Made by a program: the position numbers and the translations under genes. From the NCBI GenBank assembly GCA_051362555.1, contig CM120640.1, positions 41,828,788 through 41,892,787 of the forward strand: a DNA stretch of 64,000 nt, given 5' to 3'. Below are positions 39,377-50,447 of this stretch, piece after piece; the first letter of the stretch is position 1; each line of letters opens with the position of its first letter. Source of the DNA: Lingula anatina (Eukaryota; Animalia; Brachiopoda). The notes beneath the pieces were generated by a model, which was not told where the DNA came from, made no database searches, and saw only the letters and a program-made list of their open reading frames with translations.

Positions 39377-42300
39377 TCAGTACCTCCTGTCTCTATCTCT
39401 TGCGAGCTCAAACTCAACTGCGAGATCATCCAGTGAATCGTAATGGCTGCCACGTAGTCTAGGCTGATTAAGAAAAGAAAATAATAATAATAATAAATCA
39501 ACTAATACTAATTAAGTACACCTTTTCCTTGCATTTGTAATATAAATATTTAACTGTCACAGTGGTGAAAAAAAGTTTTATACAGTATACTGACTTTTAA
39601 AACACAAAAAGTTGCATTTTCCAAAAAGTATATTTCATTTTCAAATATTTCACAGGGGGTGGGGATGGGGCAGGGTTCATTGGCACTGTTAATGGTTAAT
39701 TTATAGTACAGCCAAAAAAAAAAAAATTACTCACCGAGGTATATGGTGATGGAGAACGAGATCTTGCTAAGGCAGTGTCTACACGTCTTCGTATCCTGTC
39801 TGCAGCGGATGGTGAGTAAGGACGCTCATCGAAACGATCACGTAAGGAAGATCTGTACAGGATAGGACTTGGAGCCCTAGGTGCAGGTGCTGAATATGTC
39901 CTGGAATGTCTTGGTGAATAAGATGGTACTGGATCATCAAGATAGTCATCTGTTTCTGAAAAAAAAAAAAAACAGTCTTGATCTTTATCTCAATATCATC
40001 ACAAAGTGAATGAAATCAGATCATATTTATTTCACTTCTGTACATTGCACCTAATTTATTACAAACAGTAGCTGACACTAACTTCTTAATTTTTATGCAG
40101 TAACTATGGGTGCTTTCCCAGAGATTTAGATCAATCTAAAGATTAAGTTTTAGATCGACCTAACTCCCTGGGGGTTCAGGCTAAATTGCAGTCAGCCAAG
40201 CGGACACCATAGTTAATTACCCCCTTACAGCTTTTAGTAGGCGGGACAGATGCTTAAGCCGGCCAAGCTGACAGTAATCTAGTGAGACTCCCCACAGGGA
40301 AAGATCGATCTAAAAATCTATGGAAATGGGGTGTAAGAGCTAATAAGAGATAATAACTGCAATATGAACCTTTTTCCTTGCCAAGTACACTTAAGTGTTT
40401 TTTTTAATAACAAATGAAACAGAAACTCTCGAGATGTTTACCTGTTGTTTCTCCATAGCTACCAAGATTAGTACTTTCAAAGATGGGTTGAGGTTCATAA
40501 CCTGGCTCACGGATCACCTATAATAAAATATAAGGAAAGAAATATGTATTAACACATCCACACTACAATATCAAAATGAGTAATACAACCATATTAATTT
40601 CTCACTGAAAACTTTTCATTTTAAATATAAAGTTTAACATCACAACTGAAATAATATTATAACATACAATTTTAGTCCATAAATATAGGGAAGGAAAACA
40701 GTTACGAAGGTAATAAAAAGTAATGCTGATCCATGATATATATACATACCCATTCATTTTATTATCTGCTCTTTTAACGCGTGTCCATAAGATGTATATA
40801 GTATATTAAAAGTCTTGTGACTACAAGTTGGTTATTTTTCTTTAACATGTGACAACAACTTGGATAACAAAGAAAATTTTAATTTCCTACTAGGTGCATT
40901 TATTCATTAAAGCAGTCACTCAACCTTAGGCTCAAACTTGGCATTGATTTAAATGCCTGAGACTGGCAAACTTTGTGATAAGCCTCTTGATTGAATTTTT
41001 CTTTCATTTGTTCCAGCGATCAATAAGCTCACTGGTGCCACCCAACTCTTAGAAATGAACTAACCATGACAGGCCTTCCTGGCCTTGCTAATCAAACAGT
41101 GCAACCAAGCTTTGGTGATTTCAAATGGAATGCTGAGGTCTTAAATAAGTATACGGAAACATACAAACAACAACTAAGAGTAACATCAACATCATGCTTC
41201 ATATTGACTGGTGATCTTTTCTAACTTCCAAATTATATAATTTTATTTAATTTTTATAATGAAGTTTTATCTCAGTTTTGAATATCCATTAAAATTCTTA
41301 TTCTTATCAATCAGTTATTTTATCTGATTGTGCCATTTTGTCATTGTATTTATCCAACTCTTTACAGGTTGCCAAACTATTCAGTATACTAAGCATCAAC
41401 ATTTAATCCGTTTGGCTGGTAGATGTTTGGTTGAGCAAGTGCACTGTTGTAATAACTGGTTACTTTAGGAAAGGAGTCATTCTATATGCTATATGAATCT
41501 ACCAGGCAAACCATAACTTGTGGTTGTTGGCTCATGTGTGTACAACTTAAATGCATAAAAGTTGTACCATATTACCTTAGCTAGCCTACTACCAGGCCTG
41601 TATGGACGGTAGTATGTATAGTCTTCACCTGTGTCATAATCACCATAGGAGTCATAGCTCCCTACAAATAATAATACAGACTGGTTCAACGAGATACTGT
41701 AACTCATTATAAGTGTTCCCATTTTGCCAGACATCTACAAGCCACAGAGCAGCAGAAGAAGAAATTGTGATAATACCCTGTGCTGCAGTGAAATATAATA
41801 GAGATTTTTTTTTTCAAAGATAGGTTTTGTGATAATGGTACTCAGTAAAAATAGTTTGTGCTCACATGAAAAAGATGTTGCATAAATTAATGTTTTTGGA
41901 ATACTAAACCAATTTTCACCTCAACATCAGGGTATTACAGCAAAAAGGAATCAGTCTCATTTTTTTTTTCAAACATTGTTTTCTTTTCAAACACTTCCAG
42001 TGCATCTTGTTTGCAACCCTTGGTCAAACTGGTTTGACCTCCTTTCTTAAAAATTTAACAATTTGTTCAATGACAATAATCATGTTTTGGATTGAAGAAA
42101 TGAAGAGAAAACAAACCATGAGACTGATTATGCCTTAGTGGTAGACCACTAAGTATGCCTGTATTACTGTATTAGTCGGAAACACATCAGATTTTTCTAT
42201 TAGTAAGGATTACCTTGACGGATTTATGTCTGTGTGGCTCTGGATGATAGTGAAGTGAGTGGCCCCAGTACCCCTTCCCTGTGTACTGTTTGTACAGCTT

Positions 42301-45300
42301 GCAGACTGTGCATGTCTTGTCAGTGTGTGGGTACAGGCAATGTGGACAGTACTCTACAGAGAAGAAATGTACACAGAAGCTCTAATTAAAGCAGGTAAAT
42401 ACACACTCAATGATCTCACTCTGACCAACAACCTAGACAAAGGTCATTGTTTTGACTTTTTCTTTATGTTAACCCTTAAAGCAATACATTTAATTCCATG
42501 ATTCCTATTTTCAAATCAGTGAAAAATAGGCTAGGTTTATTCTAGCATGTATACTTTTCACATGAAATTATTCCAAAATGGTGAATTCGTTACAGCAAAA
42601 AAACTTCTTTATTAATAAACAGTTTTAAGTCATTATTGAATGTCGTCTTTTGGCAATAAAAAAATTACAAGAGTGATTTCAGACATTCATCTACTGAAAC
42701 AGCACAAAGTTTTAGCCGTAGTAATAAACTAGACTGGCACACATACTGCAATCTAGACTAGCACATACTGCATTAAAACAAGCTCTGTTAAACTGGCAAA
42801 ATGTGGAACATTTTAGTCACATATACACCAGACAATTTTCTTTTATTCAGTATCAATTCAGACTATTAATTCTTTAAGTATAAGCATCCTTCATATGCAA
42901 GAAAATTACTTGAGAGTTACTTAAAAGTGTACATGGTTTGAATATATATATATATATATATTAAATATAGATTTATGCAATACAGCAAACAAAATAGTAA
43001 ATGTCAAAAAGGATGACAATACTGTTACTATAATTAAAATTAAACATTACTATAGGCAAGAATGAAAAAAATCAACAAGTACAACTATACCTGAGACAGT
43101 TGTCTTTCTTGAAGGCGACAGGGATCTACTCCTTATCCCACGACTTGTCTTCTTTGGTGTATTTCCCTTTTTCTTCTTCTTCTTCTTTCTCTCAGCAGGA
43201 GGAGAGCCAGGAATTCTGCCAATCAAGCTTGCTGAGTCTTTCTGAATATATAAATATACACATAAATATAAATATAAAAACATTAAAAAAAATTTGTTTT
43301 TCAAGATAAACCTAGACATTTAAGTTGCACTGTATATCTTTGAGATTTGTAACAGTAACTATCAAGCAAAAGTATATCAAAATATCTATAAAAATCACCT
43401 TATTGCTGGTCATACATGGTTAAATGTGTCTTATAAAATAATCAACATTGATTTAAGTAAAATGACTTTACCTTTCTCACTACAAATGGAGGTTTTGAAT
43501 CTGAAAGGGACTCCCCAAGACTGAGTTCTTCCAGTCTTTGTCTCATGCTGGGAGAGGGAGATCTGGAACGAGAAATTGAGGCTATGGTATGCTGCTCATA
43601 GCCACGCTCCTCCTCCTCATACTCTTTAAGACGGGATGGGGTCCTAGAAGAACAGAAAGCAAGAAAAAAAAAGGGTCCTACATAGAAAACAACACTGCAG
43701 AAGTAAAAGAATAGTTATGAAAATGAAAGCGGAAACTGTTATCACTGGTATCAGATAAGCACATGCAAAGTGGATATAGGAAATAAACAAAGTGAAACAA
43801 GTTTGAACTTAAGTCAGAAAGAAAGCAAAGAGTCTAAAAAAGCTGTTTTTGTAAAATTAAAATTTATCAAGGAAGAAGTGTAGGAAGGTAGGGATTGATT
43901 CAACAGAATAAAAACTACAGACCAATGTGAAGAAAAACATATTAACTGCAGAGGTCTACAGAAATCATTATTTAAATGAATATCAATGAGCATGTGACCC
44001 AATCATTCAAACCACATATGTTCAGCTTCAAATACCTTGTCCTGGACCTTGATTTTCTCCCCGAACCTGGTGTTCTTCTAGGTACCATCACATCTTCCTA
44101 AAACAAAGCAAAACACATCAAGATCAACAAATTTATCGAAAGAGAGAGAGAGGAAAGTCTCATTTATGCTAAATAATGCACAGAAGAACACATATTCATC
44201 AAACTTCTCATCAAAATAATCCATAAAATTTCATATTTCCTTTTTTTTCAAATGTTTTTGTAAAAATGCCATTCAAATCTTAGTTTCACCTTTGAATATT
44301 TACATGAATTTCCCTTTCAATAAATCAATAAAAATACCCTTTTTATCCTAATATTCCTTATAATTAAGTTGTTCACGTCAAGACCCTTACAAAATTTCTA
44401 TCCAGCCACTCCTGGACTCTTCTCATGTCCTCCCAAGTAAAGTATGCCCTGTCATCATCATACATCATACTGTACATTCTCCAAGACAAAGGCACAACCA
44501 CAATGACAACACAGTTATAATGGCCTGCTATAACATAGATCTATATATTTATTCTCCTTCTCCTTCGAAAAAGAGCCAAAAGTTTATAATTTCATTTTCC
44601 ACCTTCAATTCAATTCAGTTCAATTAGATATAAAATCTGTTTTAACTTCTGTGCTGCAGTATGATCAGTAATGAGGACAAAAATCAGATTCCATCCCTGG
44701 CAACAATAATTCACACCCAGTCTATAGATTCCACACTAGGAAAACATGATACATCCACTCGTTCTTGATTAATGTGAATTATTATCCATTTTTGTATTAG
44801 CAATTCTCTGTGCAAATTTCCATGAATTTTAATTGCTCCTAAGCAGGTTGTTTTGCAAATGTCCTAATTTTACTGAGGCATCTAAGCCAGGTACATTTAG
44901 CGATGTCTTTGTGAGATCTATTTGGTCACATACTTGCTTGAAGTATGATGTATGTCTACAGTTCTATAAATCCAAAAGTTGCTGAGTCCATGAAATAAAA
45001 CTGATAGTATTATGTGGTCCTCAAACATTCCAGTGAACCTCCATGCTCAAAACAATACCCACTACTGAAATACAAAGTCACCCTGAAAGGACAGGTTGCA
45101 GAAAAAATACAACTCTGATCAATATCGGCTTGCTCTTAAAGGGACGCTGCTGAGGCAGACGCCTGAAATGTTATTGGCTGATTTATGTTGATCTAAATCG
45201 TATAACACTTTATTGAGCTAATACATAATTAATCATACTCTACAGGTTATTAAGAAAATACCTTCTTTGTGATTTAATACCAAGTTTAAGTCATGCATAA

Positions 45301-48300
45301 AGAGAAGGGCTTAGTGTGACCTGGTTAAGAGGAACTGAAAAGAGTTTTAAAGCACCAGATATTGATGCTTTCAAATGAAGGTGGTCATTTCTTTTTACAG
45401 TGGCTTTATGGTAAAACAAATATTTTACTTGAACAATACCTCTTGATAAGCGGCACCCACTTATTAAGCTTCAATGTTGTCAGTGACAACTGTTTTTGTA
45501 AAGGGCAAAATAAATAATCTCTTTCTGTCTGCAACTCTGAGCATGCTCAAATTGAAATAGCTGAGAAAACAAACTCTATGAATGACACTTGTTATTGTCA
45601 GGAATTTTTAAAAACCTTTTATCTTTGAAACACTTCTTTTGTGTTCTTATACTCAGAACAATACATTTAGATATTGCATTTACCATGAGTATATTTTTAC
45701 AAATAGCAGGTGCAAGTAGAAAACATTCCAAAGCATATAAAACGAATGCTTAAGTTTTGTCTTTACTAAGGGATATTAGGTTTTGTTATTTTAATTTTTC
45801 ACAGCATTCATTTCTGATATGACAATCGAAGAGTTTTGTTTATATTCAGTATTTAATGCTCATTATGATATGGTCCAAGTATTTAAAAACTGAAATTATC
45901 ATTATATTCTAAATACAGCTGTTAATATGCAATCTGACGGTGAGGATGTCATATTGCGTCATGTATTAACTTTGTTTATAATTACCACATGCAATCACCA
46001 GTTTATATGATGTTGGAACAAATTCATGCAATTTTAAATTGGGTTCATTTGCAATGTTGCACTTGATGGTATAATAGGCCTTAATCTTTATCTCAACTCA
46101 GTTTTGCAGTCAGTTCAATGTATTCACACAATATCATTACCATTATTATTACTATTTTGAACAATGCCTGAAAACATAAAAAATTCTTACTTTCTATAAA
46201 GCTGTAGCATTCTGTTTCATATACTGTAAGTCTTAGAAGAGCATGATCCAAATTTCAATGTGTGTATATATATATATATATATATAATGTTTGATTAATT
46301 ATAGTTTAAAAGAGAGCATTAATTTTGTAGTATAAAATAAAATGTGACACATGTAAAATTCTTTCTGACCCATGTTTACTGGACACATAAATATATATTA
46401 TATAAGCAGAAAATTGCCTTTTCCACTTTACTTTCATCATATTCAAAATTTCATTTATCTAATTTTGCCTTACCTTATTTAACTTTTTACTTTTAATTAC
46501 CTTTCCCTAATTTTATCAATTTTTTTCAACTGTAGCTACTAAATACCAGCAATGTCCTGCATATGACCAGTAAAACTGTACTTACTATGATGATATGTGC
46601 TGTACCGTCTGGATCTTTTGACCTATTAGTTTCCCTAACATATAAACTACTTTTTCTACCTACCCATGTATAGTGGTTCTTCTATCATCACAGAGAAACA
46701 TCAACAAGCATGATAAAAGCAAAACTATTTTTTTATTATTAAATACTTGACATCACAATAACTTTTTTCAATAGCTAACACAACACCAAGGAGGTTTGTG
46801 AGCTACATGCTTTTTTAAAAATCTTATATTAATGGAGCATATTTTAGGAACAGATGCCAATCTATATAAGAAAATCATGAACACTTAATGTGCATGTGAC
46901 TGATTTTCTTAGCATGTGACAAAGAGAAAAATGACATACATTGCCCACCTCAAGCTATACATCAAATTGCCCATTACCACAATATCTACAATAACAAAAA
47001 CTAAAAGTAACACAAATAATAAATCACTCTGTACTCTATCTCTCTATATACCTGTCACCTATATACAATATCAGTTAAGTAAAATGGATAATAGTCCCAT
47101 AAAAATCACTAGACAGAATAACCTTCAGTGTCAGAAGATGGTCAAAGTTATATACTGAATAATTATGTAAACTGCTGACTACAATATTTAAATATGATTG
47201 AATTGAAATTTGAAATTACTCAGACTTTTCTTCTATTTTCATTTTAAGTACAATATACACACCTCTGTACTGCCTGCAGTATCTGCATCCTCTGCATATG
47301 GATACCTGGTTTCTTTAATGGTGGTTTTTGTAGAAAACTCAATCTTTGGTGAGATTCCCTGGCAAAATGCAAACATTGAATGAATTTCAGTTGCATACAA
47401 TGTCACTATCAGGGGCGGATTGAGGCCATCTTGTGGGTCTTCAGGAAGACGGTCAGATTTTCAAGTTTACATTGACGAGTGTTTAATTTTTCTGTCGGAA
47501 GACAGTCAAAAATGGAGGATGGATCAACAAGACAATTTTGGAGGCTGTCAGAAAATAGCTTTGGATCCGCCCCTGACTAAATATCATAATCATTAAAAAA
47601 ACAGAACAACAAACCTCTTAATAAAAAGGCTGTTGGGGATACACTTTTTGACCAAAAGATACATATTTCATATTCCCCCCCCCCCCCCCCCCCCCCAAAT
47701 TGCAAGTTTTCAAATAAAGCTTAGGGTGGGCACCTGGATGTGAATTATAAATGTATTTTTCATGAGTCAAGGTCATCTCTTCCAATCAATCCTTCTCAAT
47801 ATTCTACTCTTTGATATTATAAAGCTACTACTGTACAAACAAACTAAAGGGTTCAACTAATCATAAATTGCACCAGTAAACTAAGTCAGCAGAATCAGAA
47901 AAAAAGCAAACTGAATCTACAATGAGCATTTCCATATGATTTATGATAAGACATCTTAGGTGGTTTTTAAACTACCTTTTAAAGTGAGAAGTACTTTTTG
48001 TGGGTTATTGAAAACTACAACTAATTTTTTAGCCAAACAATTTTAATGCAAGATTCAATATTAATTATTTTCTATTACAAATTTGGAAAAACAAAGAAAA
48101 AGGATGAGAGTTATTTCAGCACATATCATGTACAAGATGCATGGAGCTTTCAAAGAGAAAACGTAACATAAAAATTGAATTTAAGATGCTGGTTGATTAT
48201 ATCTGGTCAAGATGATTTATGGGGTTAAACCTGTTAGGGTAAGAAATTTGCACAGGCCTTAGGCCCTGTTTCTTTGGACATTAATACTTACGGGAAACTC

Positions 48301-49339
48301 CAGTGTTCTCTCCATGAGCACCTCTCTGTCCTGAGTACCATAGGTGGGGGCCAGTGATGGAGATGGATACAGAAAATCTCTAGTATTGTTTTCATATGAA
48401 GCTAGCAAGGTTCCTCCTTGTTCTAAATCTGTTAATTGGATGAGCTCAAATAGCACGTGTTCATCTGCAAAATAAAGATGAATCAATAAACAGGCTATGT
48501 AAGTGATTGACAAAAATTAAACGAATTTTGTTTCACAATTTTTTATTTATTATTGCCATACAGACTGTGGTAGCGGAAAATCATTTGTTGTCAAATATAC
48601 CTGGCAAACTATAAATTTTGTAATGAAAAGATGCATCTGGAATTTAAGCAAACACTACAGGAACTATGCATTTTAGACAAGCAGGATAGAATGCCTAACA
48701 GACTTTCAGTAAGTTCATATAATATACCTTCCATCAGCTCTGCAACTTGTGAAGGATCTCTGGCATAAAAGAACACCTGAAATGTAAAGTTAAACACTGC
48801 ACAAACTACCTCTAAATGGTATTCAACTAATTAATGTACAAAAGCAAAATAACCAACATATTTAGTGTAATATTTCATTTGCACTGACTTTAGCTGTAAC
48901 TATTGTTCTATCACAAGCCAACATTTTCTGATATACAGTAAAAGATGTACTACAAAAGAATTGCACCTATGCACAGTGTATATACAGTGTATATACCATG
49001 CATGTGGTCAATATTCAAACAGTTCAACACAGCAGTAAAAATATAGATACTTATCACATGTATTTTCATATAAATTTACCTTCTCAAAACGTAGTTTATC
49101 GTGGAAAAGCAGAGGGAACACTGGGCCGACCAGCCTACTTCTTCTGTGCTGGCCCAGCATGCACACAGAGATGTAAACATCATCACGATATGGCAGCCAG
49201 GTACCTGGACATGTAACCTTAAAAAACAGAGCAAAGGTACACATACTAATGGCTATCAATTTGTCACAGAAAGATTAAGATTGCTTAAACTTTAGCTTCG
49301 GTTGTTGTTAAACACTTATTTGTTTGTGCACATGTGTGC

Positions 49340-49377
<38 letters not shown>

Positions 49378-50087
49378 AAGATGTGTATGTGTGTGTGAGA
49401 GACATAGGTTTACATGTAAAGTATGACATATACAGTATATACTGGGGGTATATATATATACTCCTTTTTTGTCAATCATGCATCATTTTAACTTTTACCT
49501 GATTGTATTTAAAATCATCATTTCTGTGCAAAATGATTCTGATTTTTTTTGTCAATCATGCATCATCTTAACTTAATTGTTAGTGAGAAGTATTAGTTAT
49601 CATAATTTTTATGCAAAATTATTCTGAAATTATACATCTCACCATGTATTGTATTTCTAATAAGCCTACAAAAAACGCCCTAATTTTTCCGGTTTAATCC
49701 AATGTTACCAAGGCAAGGCCATATCACATTACACAACACTGCTTATACGCCGGCCTACTCGTTCATGTAGTAGTTGAATTATAAATTTATGCAAATTTTA
49801 CGAGTCAGGTGTAGTTTCAGGTCCATAATAACAAAATTTCGAGTGTCTACAAAAATGATACATCAACAGATATGGTAATTGCAATAAATCAGCATTTACT
49901 TTGCTTGGTGACACGATGAAGGTAGTATTCTTCTGTATCGAATATTTTATTTCTGCGGCAATGCTGCTTGACTCGTGTGGGCAAGATATTTTTTGATTTT
50001 GTAATAATCAAATAAATGAAAATAAATTACCAAACTTACCGCATGTAAAGTAAGTTCTACGACACATTTCAGCACTTTCCTTGGCAT
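39377..50087 (-). CDS. SPATA6: Spermatogenesis-associated protein 6-like
   Basis: Exons are 50087-50040, 49217-49080, 48776-48728, 48464-48292, 47358-47263, 44097-44036, 43643-43472, 43241-43091, [42353-42214 or 41661-41576], 40517-40442, 39955-39735 and 39463-39377, with consistent phases. The SPATA6 domain is VTCPGTWLPYRDDVYISVCMLGQ...FPLLFHDKLRFEKVF...FELIQL...YENNTRDFLYPSP...DREVLMER..FPGISPKIEFSTKT, followed later by SRSPSP, PPFVVRK and SLRDRF. Confidence 0.9.
40107..40336. mobile_element. Degenerate MITE in a SPATA6 intron
   Basis: Imperfect terminal inverted repeats ttcccagagatttagatcaatct / agatcgatctaaaaatctatggaa around a GC-richer interior. Confidence 0.45.
47410..47575. mobile_element. 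MITE family A, copy 3 (in a SPATA6 intron)
   Basis: TIRs CAGGGGCGGAT...ATCCGCCCCTG with flanks ACTAT / ACTAA. Confidence 0.9.
49346..49397. repeat. (GT)n microsatellite in SPATA6 intron 1
   Basis: Direct reading; interrupted. Confidence 0.9.
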
Positions 50088-50447
50088 TTTGTGAGATAAG
50101 TTTGCTGCTGTTCTTCAAAACATCATTGGAGTTGGATTTGTGTTGTGTCCAATGCAAGCGACGCGAAATAGTAGTTTACATTGCCGACCAATCAGATTTG
50201 AGAAACAAATAGGGAGCCAAAGTTTTGGTGAGGCATTGTCCATAATGGCAGAAGATTAACGAAAACATAAGAATAAAATGCACATGCCTTAAAACTCTTA
50301 TTGGATGCAATACAAAACAGTGGTCTCAAACTGTCAATCATTTTGATTTTATTAACAAAAAGATGTTTCTCGTAGCACGAATGAAATATGAAATAATTTT
50401 TGCTCCTTCCAATCTCGCGAGAAGTGAAATTATAAACGAGAAGCAAC
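50088..50447. promoter_or_regulatory. Bidirectional promoter SPATA6 / FAM32A
   Basis: The divergent ATGs are 360 bp apart. The interval contains CCAAT boxes (near 50149, 50188 and 50409) and the palindrome TCTCGCGAGA at 50413-50422. Confidence 0.7.

Noticed and set aside
46586-46622. AG/GT-bounded 37-nt segment in SPATA6 intron 5
   Set aside because: Its length is not a multiple of three between phase-0 neighbours, and there is no supporting similarity.
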